The notes: generated by a model from the letters alone, not told the origin. 64,000 nucleotides of DNA from Allosphingosinicella sp. (GCA_036399655.1 DASWMS010000058.1:19043-83042); one strand, 5' to 3'; positions 48,366 through 58,162 are shown, numbered from the stretch's first letter. Numbers and translations: made by a program.

Positions 48366-50213
48366 GTGGCCTATCTCCTCCGCACCGTCTCGCACAGCGC
48401 CGAAGGGCGCGAGATCGTCCGCACCGCCCGCATTGAAGGTGACGTGCTGACGGTCGGCCGCGATCCAGCCTCCAACGTCCACCTGACCGACCTTGCCGTC
48501 GCACTCCGCCACGCGACCGTCACCCGCACCTCGCCGACGCGGCTCGACGTCCTGGCGGGGGAGGGGCTTACCCTCGAATTGAGCGGCCGCAGCGTCGCTG
48601 GCGGCGCCATCCACCTCGGCCAGGGCGGCGACCTTCGCATCGGCAGCCACATCCTGCGCTTCATGCCGACGGAAGCCGGTGCGCCCGATATCGAGGTCAA
48701 TGTCGAGCGGGTGACGGAAGGCGAAACCGCGCTCGGCAAGGCCGACGAGCGCCGCTTTTCGCTCGTCTCGGTCATGCCCGGCAAGCGCCCGCTCGCCTGG
48801 CTCCTCGCCGCCGCCGTGCTGGTCGTCTTCCTCGCCTGGCCGGTGAACGAATTCTACCAGCGCCGCGAGCGCGAGCAGGCCGCCGCCGAGCGCTACAACC
48901 CAGACCGGATGTGGCTGAGCGGGCACCTCAGCGGCGTGCACAAGGGCCTCGAGAACAATTGCACCGCCTGTCACGCCGAGCCCTTCGTCGCGGTGCGCGA
49001 CACCGAATGCCAGGCCTGCCACACGCGGGTCCACGACCACGCCGACAAGGCGCGCCTCGCCCGCGCCCGGCCGGACCTCGACCGCTGGGGCCGCTTCCGC
49101 CTCGCCGTCCAGGAGACGTTCGGCGTGCCGGCGGGGCGCTGCGTCGACTGCCATACCGAGCATGAAGGCCCGCAGGAAATGACGCCGACGCCGCAGCGTT
49201 TCTGCAGCGACTGTCACACAGCGCTCACCGATCGCCTCCCCGACACGCGCCTCGGCAATGCCGGCGACTTCGGCACCGCCCATCCCGAATTCCAGCCCTC
49301 CGTGCTGATCCGCTGGGACAATGAAACGCCGGTGATGCAGCGCGTCTCGCTCGCGAACCGCCCGCCCGAGAATTCGAACCTGCGCTTCCCGCATGCGCTC
49401 CATCTTTCGCGCACCGGCGGCGTCGCGCAGATGGGGCGGCGGCTCGGCCGGCAGCACGGCTTCGGGGCAAGCCTCGTCTGCGCAGACTGCCACCTGCCGA
49501 CGCCGGACGGCACCCGCTTCCAGCCCGTCGACATGGAAGGCGACTGCGCCATGTGCCACGACCTCGCCTTCGACCGGGTCGGCGGCACCACGCGCACGCT
49601 CCGCCACGGCTCGCCCGAGCAGGTCGTCGCCGATCTTCGCGAATATTTCCGGGGGCGGGTTCCGCCACGGCCCTCGATCCTCGGCCCGGACGCGCGCCGC
49701 CGCCCGGGCGACGTCATGCAGATCCGCAACACGATCCAGTACGCCCGCGCCGTGCAGGGGGCCGGCTCGGCCGCCGACCAGGCGATCCGCGGTGTCTTCT
49801 CGCCGAACGGCGCCTGCTACGATTGCCACGTCGTCCAACTCCCGCCGCCCGGCAATTCGCACGCCTACCGGATCCGCCCCGTCGCCTTCCCGACGCGCTA
49901 CATGCAGCACGGCTGGTTCGATCACCGCCCGCATGCGCAGACCGAGTGCGCGACCTGCCACAATGCGGCGGGCTCGCAATCCGCCAACGACCTGCTCCTC
50001 CCGAGGCTGGAAACCTGCCGGACCTGCCACGGCGGCGAGAGCTCCGGCGAGGTTCCTTCCACCTGCGCCATGTGCCACGATTACCATATGGACGAAGGCA
50101 CGCCCGCCATGCTGCTGCGCCAGCGCGTCCGCGGCCGGCGGTGGGAAACGACCACCATCCCCGTCACGCCGCAGCCCGCTGCAGGCATGCCTCCGAGGAG
50201 GGCCCCGCGTTGA
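48366..50213 (+). CDS. FHA-like domain + TM helix + decaheme c-type cytochrome
   Basis: TVGRD..ALRHA; TM LAWLLAAAVLVVFLAWP; 10 CxxCH (CTACH, CQACH, CVDCH, CSDCH, CADCH, CAMCH, CYDCH, CATCH, CRTCH, CAMCH). Confidence 0.9.
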   Translation: MAYLLRTVSHSAEGREIVRTARIEGDVLTVGRDPASNVHLTDLAVALRHATVTRTSPTRLDVLAGEGLTLELSGRSVAGGAIHLGQGGDLRIGSHILRFMPTEAGAPDIEVNVERVTEGETALGKADERRFSLVSVMPGKRPLAWLLAAAVLVVFLAWPVNEFYQRREREQAAAERYNPDRMWLSGHLSGVHKGLENNCTACHAEPFVAVRDTECQACHTRVHDHADKARLARARPDLDRWGRFRLAVQETFGVPAGRCVDCHTEHEGPQEMTPTPQRFCSDCHTALTDRLPDTRLGNAGDFGTAHPEFQPSVLIRWDNETPVMQRVSLANRPPENSNLRFPHALHLSRTGGVAQMGRRLGRQHGFGASLVCADCHLPTPDGTRFQPVDMEGDCAMCHDLAFDRVGGTTRTLRHGSPEQVVADLREYFRGRVPPRPSILGPDARRRPGDVMQIRNTIQYARAVQGAGSAADQAIRGVFSPNGACYDCHVVQLPPPGNSHAYRIRPVAFPTRYMQHGWFDHRPHAQTECATCHNAAGSQSANDLLLPRLETCRTCHGGESSGEVPSTCAMCHDYHMDEGTPAMLLRQRVRGRRWETTTIPVTPQPAAGMPPRRAPR

Positions 50214-51082
50214 CCGACCAGCGCTTCCTGATCGCCCAGATCACCGACGTCCACCTCGGTTTCGACCAGGGGAATCCCGACGAATATAACCGCCAGCGGC
50301 TCGACCGCACCTTGCGCACGCTGATGGAGATGCAGCCGCGCCCGGACATGCTGCTCATCACAGGCGACCTTGCCGAGGAAGGCGACGACAGCGACTCCTA
50401 CGCGCGGCTCAAGGAGGCGATCGCGCCGCTGCCATTTCCCGTGCACATGGCAATGGGCAATCACGACAGCCGCGGCCCGTTCCTCGCCGCCTTTCCCGGG
50501 ACCGGCCACGCCGACGGCTTCATCCAATATGCGATCGAGGACGCGCCGCTGCGTATCCTCATGCTCGATACGCTGGAGGAAGGGCGGCATGGCGGCGGCT
50601 TCTGCGAAGTGCGCGCCGCCTGGCTCGCCGCGCGTCTCGCAGAAGCGCCGGAGCGCCCCACGCTCATCGTCCTCCACCACCCGCCGATCGAAACGGGCCT
50701 GAGCTGGATGACCGAGGACCCGGACGCCGCCTGGGTGCAGCGCCTGCGCGCCGTGATCGAGGCTCACACGAACATTCTCGCGATGATCGGCGGTCATCTC
50801 CACCGGCCGGTCATCACCGGCTGGGCGGGAACGATTCTGGCCGTCTGCCCGTCGACGGCGCCGCAGGTCGCGCTCGATCTCGCGCCGATCGATCCCGAGC
50901 GCCCGGACGGCCGCGCGATGATCGTGGCCGACCATCCCGCTTTCGCGCTGCACCTCTGGAACGGCCGCCAGCTCGTCACCCATTTCGACACGGCCGAGGA
51001 CCACAATGTCCTCGCGAGCTACACCCCGAAGCTCCAGCCGCTCGTGCGCCTGCTCACCGACGAGAGGAACAACCCCTCCTGA
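50210..51082 (+). CDS. Metallophosphoesterase, CpdA/Icc/GpdQ-like phosphodiesterase
   Basis: TTG overlaps upstream stop; QITDVH, TGDL, GNHD, HHPP, GHLH. Confidence 0.88.
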   Translation: MTDQRFLIAQITDVHLGFDQGNPDEYNRQRLDRTLRTLMEMQPRPDMLLITGDLAEEGDDSDSYARLKEAIAPLPFPVHMAMGNHDSRGPFLAAFPGTGHADGFIQYAIEDAPLRILMLDTLEEGRHGGGFCEVRAAWLAARLAEAPERPTLIVLHHPPIETGLSWMTEDPDAAWVQRLRAVIEAHTNILAMIGGHLHRPVITGWAGTILAVCPSTAPQVALDLAPIDPERPDGRAMIVADHPAFALHLWNGRQLVTHFDTAEDHNVLASYTPKLQPLVRLLTDERNNPS

Positions 51083-51103
51083 ACGACGGGCTGGCCGAGC
51101 TCT

Positions 51104-51367
51104 TCAGTTGGTCTTGATCCAGCTTCGAACGGCGGGCTGCATCCCGGCCTGCGGGTCGCCGGAGAGCTTCGCCACCACATAGTGGAACGTTCCTTCGACG
51201 GAGACGTGATGCTCGCCGAAATGAATGTCGGTGAACGGCCCGAGGGAGGAGCGGACGTAGGTGACCAGTTCGGTATTGATCGCGATGTTTCCGGGCTGGC
51301 CCCCGCGTTTCAATACGATGAGCGGCACCGGCGAAGCTCCCTGATCTGCATCAATTCCGGTTACCAC
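51104..51367 (-). CDS. Small hypothetical protein (FlbD-like pattern)
   Basis: LIVLKRGG....IAINTELVTYV; VSVEG....VVAKL. Confidence 0.5.
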   Translation of the reverse strand: MVTGIDADQGASPVPLIVLKRGGQPGNIAINTELVTYVRSSLGPFTDIHFGEHHVSVEGTFHYVVAKLSGDPQAGMQPAVRSWIKTN

Positions 51368-51385
51368 CCGCGGCTTAAGCGAAGG

Positions 51386-51895
51386 TTACGGTTGGAGCCG
51401 CGCGAGGATCGCCTCGACGCCCGCTTTCACGCCCGCATCGGGAGCGTGGGCGCTCATGCCGGGCAGGATCTCCATTCGGATGATCTGCGCGGCCGTTTCG
51501 TCCGGAAGCGCCTGCCTGAGACCGTCGCCGACTGCAATTCGCACGCGCCGGTCGTCCATGGCGAAGAGCAGGATGACACCGTCGTCGTGCCCGCGCCGGC
51601 CGATGCCCCAGCGGTTGCCGAGATCGCGGGTATAGTCGGCAATGCCGCGGCCGTTCGTGGTCCGGACCGTGACGAGGATGAACTGGTGCCCCGTCCGCCG
51701 CTCGAAGCCGCGGAGGCGCTCCGCGATCCTGTGCTCGTCGGCGGCGAGGAGCATGCCGGCCGAGTCGACGACATAGGCCGGACGCTCGAGAGTGGAGCTG
51801 ACCGCCGCCCGCCCCGGCGCCTGCGCATTGCCGCCGTCGGCGGCGGGCGTGCAGGCCGCGGCGACTGCGAGCGCGGCGAACAGGACGCGCCTCAA
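51386..51895 (-). CDS. TPM-domain lipoprotein
   Basis: TTG overlaps upstream stop; AAAC lipobox; VVDSAGML, TGHQFILVT, WGIGRRGHDDGVILLFA..DRRVRIAVG.GL. Confidence 0.85.
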   Translation of the reverse strand: MRRVLFAALAVAAACTPAADGGNAQAPGRAAVSSTLERPAYVVDSAGMLLAADEHRIAERLRGFERRTGHQFILVTVRTTNGRGIADYTRDLGNRWGIGRRGHDDGVILLFAMDDRRVRIAVGDGLRQALPDETAAQIIRMEILPGMSAHAPDAGVKAGVEAILARLQP

Positions 51896-54800
51896 CGCGC
51901 CGGCACCCAGTCGGCGAGGGAGCCGCGGTCGGTCACGCGGTAGGGCAGGCCGCGGCGGTTGAGGAACAGGCGCTCCATCTCGCTGCGGGTAAAGGGACGC
52001 GAGCCGAGACGGCCGAAGACGGCGATCTGGTTGCCGGTCTCGTCGACGCCGCGGTCGCGGTCGAGCCCCTTGGACAAAGCAAGGGCGGGGGAGGGGGTGC
52101 GCGCCCAGGCGATAAGCTCGGGCACCGGCCGCGGCGAGAAGCCGTAGAAATTGGGCTGGCTCTCCGGGCTGGTGAGCTGGAACAGTTTGAACCCGTTCAG
52201 CCCGTCCGCGACGTAGGCGAAGAGCGAGGCGTTGGTCGAGCCGACGATCACGTCCTGCGCGTCCGGCGCCTGCCCCGCTGGCCAGGCCACGGCAGGTCCG
52301 GCGGCGGGCCGCTCGGGATTGGTGATGTCGAGGATCACGAGCCCGTCGCGCCCGCCCGCCACGTAAGCGTAGGTGCGGGCGAGATAGAGCCGCCGCGCGT
52401 CCGCCATCCGGTGCGTCGCTTCCGGGATCAGGCGCGGCGCGCGCAGGTCGGTGACGTCGATGAGCTGCACGCCCTCGGCGCTTGTGACCCAAAGGTAGCG
52501 GAACTGGATCGCGGACGCGCGCGCGTCGCGGAGCGGGATCGTCGTCACATGCCGCGGCGCGAGCGGCTCGTTAAGATCGACGACGACGAGCCCCGCATCG
52601 GCGGCGATGTAGGCGACGGTGCCGGCAAGCGTGATGTGCCGCGCGCCCGCGAGCACACCGCCCTCGTTCCAGGCGGTACCGCCCGCCGTGAAGGTCGCGC
52701 GACGGATGAAATTGTTGCGCGGGTCGGCGTCGGCGAGGGTGTCGACGTCGACCAGGATCAGGCCTTCCTCGGCGTCGGTGACGACGGCGTAATCGTAGAT
52801 GGGGTGGAAGCCCTGCTCCTGGTTCTCGGCAAGGAGGCTGGTCGTCGTCCCGTCCGGCTGCGGCCGCGTCGTGGCGGCCATGGCGCGGTTGCGGTCCGGC
52901 GCGATCGGCTGGTTGGTGGGGAGCGCCATGCAGGTCGCGTTGCGGCTTGCGACCCGCGTGTCCTGGCCCATGGACGAGAAGGGCGCGGTGACGATCCGCT
53001 CGGACGTGCCCTTGTTGCCGATGTTCGCGACGTCGTAGACCCGGAAGCCGCCGCTTCCTTCCGCCACGAACATATATTCGCCGCGCTGCTGGAGGCAGCG
53101 GACCGCGCCGTCCGTTCCTTGCACGACGTTGCGGAATTCCTCGAGCGGCCGCGTCTCGCCGCTGCGGTTCCGGTCGAACGTGCGCCCGCGCGTCCAGTTG
53201 ACGAGCTCCCGCCGGTTCCGCTCGACATGCATCCGGTAATAATCCGGATAGGCCATGCGCTGGAGGTAGGAGCCGATCACCGCCTGCGGCTCGTCCCATT
53301 CCGTCACCCGCACCGCTTCGAAGCCTGAGTTCAGCCCGACCCACGAGTGCATGCCGACGAAGTTGACGAAGTTCGTCCCCTGCAAAAGGAGCTGCGCCAT
53401 GATCGCATTGTTGTCGTTCGCTGCCGACACATGGCAGTCGCTGCACGTCTTGGTCTCGGTGCGGCGCACGGTGTGCGGGAAGTGCGGCGCGAAGGCCTGG
53501 CTCGAAAAGCCGGACGCCGAGATCGGCGGCTGCTGGACGTAGATGCGCTCGCGATTGATGTTGGTCGACGACAGGATCAGCGCCGAGGTCGATCGGATCG
53601 GCGCGATGATGTTGCCGCGCGTCGTCATGTGGCGGCCGAGCTGGAACATGTCCTCGCGCGCCACCTGCGGATTGTAGGTTGCGAAGTTGCGCGTCTCTTC
53701 GCCGTCGTAGCGGTGCGACGTCGTCCGCCAGTTCGCCTCGATCGGGAGGTGGCAGCCGGCGCAGCTCGTCGTCCATGAAAGGTGGCAGGTGAAGCAGGCC
53801 ATCTCGTCGTCGGGATGGGCGAGCGCGTCGTCGGCGACGCCTGCTCCAAACACGAACCGCCCGGTGTCCGCGCCCTCCCGCGACATGAGCTTGGAGCGCG
53901 CCGAAAGTTCGTTGAAGCACGGGCCGGTGCTCATCCCCTGCGACGCCGGTCCGCAGGGCGGCAAGTCCCGGTCGACACTGTCGCGGACCTGGCTCACCAC
54001 CCACTCGATCTGCGGATCGACGATCGAGCGCTGGATGAGCACGCGGCGCCCCGCATCGTCCTGCATCCATTCGAAGCGCCGTCGCCCGTCCTCGTTCCTG
54101 ATCAGCTCCAGGTTCGTGCCGTTGGGGGGCGCGGCCGGTCCGGAGGTGCGCAGGTTGGCGAAGGCGCGCGCGGTGCCGTGGCAATCCTTGCAGCTGATCT
54201 CGATGGCGTTCGCGACTTCGCCGTAGATGAAGCCGGTGCCGTGGCTGTCGCGCGAGAAATGGCAGTCCGCGCATTGCATGCCGCGCTCGGCATGGATGTC
54301 CATCATGTGCACCGCGCGCCCCGGATTGGTGCCGGGCGGGACGAACAGCCCTTCATTTTCGCGGCGGAAGGTGTTCGGGTCGCCGGGCGGAATCCGCTGG
54401 CCGTCCTCGTCGACGAGATTGCCCTCGCGGTCGCGGCGGAAGATGGCGCGGAAGTTCCAGCCGTGGCCGTGATAGTCGGCGAACTGGGTGTGGCGCGCGA
54501 GCGGGTTCACCCGGTCGTACACTTCGCGAAGGAAATCGGTCTCCGCCCAAAGCCCGCGCGGGGCCGCGCCTTCCGGATTGCGGTTGAGCACTTCCAGCGT
54601 CTCCGCCGCCGTCGGATAGCGCTGCTGGCGGAAGCGCGCTTCCTCCTCGGCATTGCGCGCGGGCAGGCGGTTCTCCGGCCCCGGCCACATCAGATCGGCG
54701 TCGGATTCGTAGTCCCACATCGTGTAGCCGAGATACGAGTTCAGGAAGATGTTCGGCTGGTGCATGTGGCAGACCATGCATTGCGACGTCGGTATCGCGC

Positions 54801-56142
54801 GCGTGAAGACGTGGCGGATCGGATGCCCGCGTTCGCGCATTGCGGCGTGATTTGTGTCCGTTGGAGCGTCGCTATGCTGCGCAGCATTTTGCGGCTCTGC
54901 GCTCGCAGTTTCCGGCCCGTGAGCGCCGCGCTCAGTCAGCCCTGAGATCGTCGGATCGACCGTCGCCGTCTGCCCGTCGCGCCCGTGCTCGGCATAAGCG
55001 AGGCTGTGCCGCGGCTCGCGGTCGTTGGCGTAGACGACATGGCAGCCCGAGCAGCCGGAGTGGCGATAATCGCCCGGCTGGTCGTTCGTCCCCATGAACC
55101 ACATGAAGGGATCGTTGAGCCGCGTCTTGTGGATGTTGAGCACGGGGATGGCGACGCGCAGCCCTGTGCCGGGTCCGCGGTTCGACTGGCGGATGTCGGG
55201 CCGCCCCGCTTCCTCCAGCCGCTGGATCGATCCCGAAGGAGAGGGGAGGCCGATCTCCGGAAATTGCGTCCCGATCGTCCGCCCGCCGCGCTCGAAGACG
55301 CGGAACACGTCGCCCGGCGGAATGACGTGCCAGGTCGGCAGCGGATAGAGTTCGGCGATCACGCCGCGCGCGCGCTGCTCCGGCGTGATCTCGCCCGGAA
55401 TCGTCCCCGGCGACTGGATGCGCGCCGGCTGGCCGGAGCGCGTATAGGCCTCGCCGAACAGATAATTCTTATAAGGGACGATGCCGTTATTGTAGGCGGC
55501 CCCGCCCCACAGCATCGCGCCCGTCGCCATGAGCGAGCGCTCGGCCGCTTCGATGATCTCGATATGGCAGGCGCCGCACGCTTCGCGCGCCGCGCGGTAA
55601 TCGGACGGGTTGTTGAAGCGCACGAACTCCGGCGATTCGATGTTGAGCAGGGTGTAGCTTTGCCGCGGGTTGGCGGAGGAGGGGAAGTGCCAGGCGGCCG
55701 GATAGCGCGGCAGCACGTGAGCGAGATCGCGCGCCGCCACATAAGCGGGATCGTTCGCGGCGAGGTTTCCCGCCGGCGCGGTGACCCGCGGATTGCCGCC
55801 GTGGCAATCGACGCAGCCGAGCACCACCGCGGGCGTCCGGTGCATCGTGTGCGAGTCGCTCCCCGTGTGGCACGACACGCAGCCCGAGCTCTGCGCTTCC
55901 GCCGCCACCGGGTCCTGCGTCCGCGGCGCCGGCGCCGCGCGCACGAGGCTGTAATCCCGCGCGACCGCCTTCTCCTTTTCGGACGCACCGGCGGGCCCGG
56001 CCAGCATCCCCGCCAACTCCGTCATTCCCGCGAAAGCGGGAATCCAGGCCCAGCCTTTCCACCCGCTTCGGCGCCCCGCGGAAACGCTCGCTGGATTCCC
56101 GCTTTCGCGGGAATGACGGCGGAGGGCGAACAGGCGCCGCAT
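51892..56142 (-). CDS. Giant decaheme c-type cytochrome with C-terminal LVIVD repeats (1416 aa)
   Basis: ATG coupled to upstream TGA (TGATG); 10 CxxCH (CVSCH, CVDCH, CGACH, CSGCH, CMVCH, CADCH, CKDCH, CFTCH, CAGCH, CSDCH); about 6 repeats like YAYVAGGRDGLVILDITNP. Confidence 0.88.
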   Translation of the reverse strand: MRRLFALRRHSRESGNPASVSAGRRSGWKGWAWIPAFAGMTELAGMLAGPAGASEKEKAVARDYSLVRAAPAPRTQDPVAAEAQSSGCVSCHTGSDSHTMHRTPAVVLGCVDCHGGNPRVTAPAGNLAANDPAYVAARDLAHVLPRYPAAWHFPSSANPRQSYTLLNIESPEFVRFNNPSDYRAAREACGACHIEIIEAAERSLMATGAMLWGGAAYNNGIVPYKNYLFGEAYTRSGQPARIQSPGTIPGEITPEQRARGVIAELYPLPTWHVIPPGDVFRVFERGGRTIGTQFPEIGLPSPSGSIQRLEEAGRPDIRQSNRGPGTGLRVAIPVLNIHKTRLNDPFMWFMGTNDQPGDYRHSGCSGCHVVYANDREPRHSLAYAEHGRDGQTATVDPTISGLTERGAHGPETASAEPQNAAQHSDAPTDTNHAAMRERGHPIRHVFTRAIPTSQCMVCHMHQPNIFLNSYLGYTMWDYESDADLMWPGPENRLPARNAEEEARFRQQRYPTAAETLEVLNRNPEGAAPRGLWAETDFLREVYDRVNPLARHTQFADYHGHGWNFRAIFRRDREGNLVDEDGQRIPPGDPNTFRRENEGLFVPPGTNPGRAVHMMDIHAERGMQCADCHFSRDSHGTGFIYGEVANAIEISCKDCHGTARAFANLRTSGPAAPPNGTNLELIRNEDGRRRFEWMQDDAGRRVLIQRSIVDPQIEWVVSQVRDSVDRDLPPCGPASQGMSTGPCFNELSARSKLMSREGADTGRFVFGAGVADDALAHPDDEMACFTCHLSWTTSCAGCHLPIEANWRTTSHRYDGEETRNFATYNPQVAREDMFQLGRHMTTRGNIIAPIRSTSALILSSTNINRERIYVQQPPISASGFSSQAFAPHFPHTVRRTETKTCSDCHVSAANDNNAIMAQLLLQGTNFVNFVGMHSWVGLNSGFEAVRVTEWDEPQAVIGSYLQRMAYPDYYRMHVERNRRELVNWTRGRTFDRNRSGETRPLEEFRNVVQGTDGAVRCLQQRGEYMFVAEGSGGFRVYDVANIGNKGTSERIVTAPFSSMGQDTRVASRNATCMALPTNQPIAPDRNRAMAATTRPQPDGTTTSLLAENQEQGFHPIYDYAVVTDAEEGLILVDVDTLADADPRNNFIRRATFTAGGTAWNEGGVLAGARHITLAGTVAYIAADAGLVVVDLNEPLAPRHVTTIPLRDARASAIQFRYLWVTSAEGVQLIDVTDLRAPRLIPEATHRMADARRLYLARTYAYVAGGRDGLVILDITNPERPAAGPAVAWPAGQAPDAQDVIVGSTNASLFAYVADGLNGFKLFQLTSPESQPNFYGFSPRPVPELIAWARTPSPALALSKGLDRDRGVDETGNQIAVFGRLGSRPFTRSEMERLFLNRRGLPYRVTDRGSLADWVPAR
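56019..56119. repeat. REP-like element in frame within N-terminus of giant cytochrome
   Basis: Same family as 2767-2859; translates RHSRESGNP...WIPAFAGMT. Confidence 0.85.
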
Positions 56143-58160
56143 CAGTAAGTCACGATCGCGTTCAGGAGCACGGAATAGTATCGGTCGTGCCGGGGCTGGT
56201 TGGCGAACAGGTCGCGAAAGCCGGTGCCGGGCTGCAGCGCCGCCGCCGAGGCGCGGAAGACGAGGTTCTGAGTCATGCGCGGCCGCCAGATCGCCGCCGC
56301 CGACACGTCGAAGCCGATGTCGTTGCGGATGGTCCCCTGCATCCGCAGCGCCTCCATCGTGCCCGTCCGCGCGAACCAGAGGTGGTTCAAGTTCGCCGAC
56401 AGCCGGAAGGTCGGCGTGATGTCGAAGTCCGCGCCGGCCCCCAAGAGGATCGTTCCCGGATTGACGAAGTTCGACTGCCCCTGCTCCTTGGAGGAGCGCA
56501 GCGAATTCAGGATGCCGTTGCGCCCGCTGAGGACGATCGCCCGCCCGCCGCCGGCAAACGGGATGGACTGGCGGATCCAATAGCTCGTGTCGGCGCCTGC
56601 GAAGATCGGGTTCTCGAAGATCGAATCGAACCCGCTTTCGACATTGTCGTAAGGATCGCCGTCCCCGCTCGCGAACAGGGCGGCCCCGCGCACCCTGATC
56701 CAGTTCATGTCGTAGCTCGGCTCCGCGGCGGCGAAGAAGCTCGTAATCCGCGCATTCTCGCCGGTGAAGATGTTCTTCCGGTTGTGCCCCAGCGCCGCAT
56801 AGGTCTGCGCCGAAAGGTTCACCCGCCCGATCCGCCCGTCGGCGGCATAGCCGACGTACAGGACGTCGTAATTGCGCCCGCGCAGGTTTCCGATCAGCGC
56901 CGGCCGCACCGGAAAGCCGTTGTCGTCCACCTCGACATCGCCGCGCTCGCGGTTGACGTTCAAGGTGACGCTCGCCTGGCTCGTCATGCCGACGAAGGGG
57001 AAATCCTGGCGGTAGACGTTCGCCGCCAGGATCCAGTCGCTCCGCGGCCATTGCAGGATGTTGTTGAGGCCGGAATTCGTGTCCTTTTCCAGCCGCCAGA
57101 TCGCCATGACATTGTACTGGAACCGGTTGTTGTCCCGATTGCCGAACAGGCGGACGCCGAGCTGGTTGTCGTTGAACAGGAAGCCGCGGAAATCGAACTG
57201 GAAGGGCTGGATGCCGACGCGGACCGAGTCGAAGTCGTAGCGGTCCGACACGTTGCGCAGATGGTCGTCGACGAACAGTTCCTGGACGCCGATCGCGTAA
57301 TCGAAGCGGTTGGTGCCCTTGGACGGCTCCACGAAGAGCACCCGCCGCTCCGGCACATCGACATAGTTGGCCTGCACCGCCAGGGTGACCCGATATTCGC
57401 GGTGCGGCGGCATGTAGGCGGTCGAGCCCTCGATCAGCGCGGCGCCGACGATGAACGTCTGGGCGAGGACCAGGCTCTCGCTGCGCCCGAAGACGTCGAG
57501 GCTTCCGGGACGCTGCGTCGTCTGCACGCCGACGGGGATCGGAAAGTTGCGCGGCTCGATCACCGTGTCCGAGACGGCGTTCGCGACCAGGAACCAGCCG
57601 TCGCCGTGGAGGCCGAGCGCGCGCGTCAGCCGGCAGCCGTAGCTGCGCGGCCGCTCCTCGCCGACGCAGAGCGGCCTGTCGCCCTTCAGCGTGTTCTGGT
57701 TGTAGGGATCGAACCAGCGTTCCCGCACCACGCCCAGCGACTCGATGAGCCGCCAGCGGTCCGGAACCGGAATCTGGTCGGTTGGAAACGCTTCGGGCGG
57801 CGGCGATCGGATTGCGCCCGGATTCTCCTGCACGACCGGATCGGGAAGCTCATGCTGCGGCGTTCCGGGGCGGCGTCGGCCTTCTTCGTCCGGCGTCTGC
57901 TCCTCCGGGCGCTCGGCGGGCGGCACCTGCCCGGGCCACCAGCCCGGCTCCTGCTGCGTCGGCGGCGTCGAGGGAGGCTGCGCCGCCTGAGCCCACACCG
58001 CGTCATTCCCGCGAAAGCGGGAATCCATGAACACCGCGTGCGCAAATCTTTCCCCGCCTGTGTTCATGGATGCCGGATCAAGTCCGGCATGACGGGGAAG
58101 GGCTGCACCGCCCGGATCGAGGGCGGCGGCGAGGTGGAGGAGCGGGCCTGCAACCTGCAC
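56142..58160 (-). CDS. Predicted outer-membrane beta-barrel protein
   Basis: GTG 2 nt after upstream stop; Pro/Glu-rich N-region, then amphipathic strand patterns; C-terminus YYSVLLNAIVTY ending in an aromatic residue. Confidence 0.72.
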   Translation of the reverse strand: MQVAGPLLHLAAALDPGGAALPRHAGLDPASMNTGGERFAHAVFMDSRFRGNDAVWAQAAQPPSTPPTQQEPGWWPGQVPPAERPEEQTPDEEGRRRPGTPQHELPDPVVQENPGAIRSPPPEAFPTDQIPVPDRWRLIESLGVVRERWFDPYNQNTLKGDRPLCVGEERPRSYGCRLTRALGLHGDGWFLVANAVSDTVIEPRNFPIPVGVQTTQRPGSLDVFGRSESLVLAQTFIVGAALIEGSTAYMPPHREYRVTLAVQANYVDVPERRVLFVEPSKGTNRFDYAIGVQELFVDDHLRNVSDRYDFDSVRVGIQPFQFDFRGFLFNDNQLGVRLFGNRDNNRFQYNVMAIWRLEKDTNSGLNNILQWPRSDWILAANVYRQDFPFVGMTSQASVTLNVNRERGDVEVDDNGFPVRPALIGNLRGRNYDVLYVGYAADGRIGRVNLSAQTYAALGHNRKNIFTGENARITSFFAAAEPSYDMNWIRVRGAALFASGDGDPYDNVESGFDSIFENPIFAGADTSYWIRQSIPFAGGGRAIVLSGRNGILNSLRSSKEQGQSNFVNPGTILLGAGADFDITPTFRLSANLNHLWFARTGTMEALRMQGTIRNDIGFDVSAAAIWRPRMTQNLVFRASAAALQPGTGFRDLFANQPRHDRYYSVLLNAIVTY
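58001..58094. repeat. Composite REP-like element in frame within beta-barrel N-terminus
   Basis: cgtcattcccgcgaaagcgggaatccatgaaca...tgttcatggatgccggatcaagtccggcatgacg; translates RHAGLDPAS...MDSRFRGND. Confidence 0.85.
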
Positions 58161-58162
58161 GC

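Noticed and set aside
56143-57051. N-terminal 303 codons of the 1719-aa track ORF (51892-57051)
   Set aside because: Overlaps the beta-barrel gene in another frame and is Arg/Ala-rich shadow sequence; the ATG coupled at 56142 is the better start
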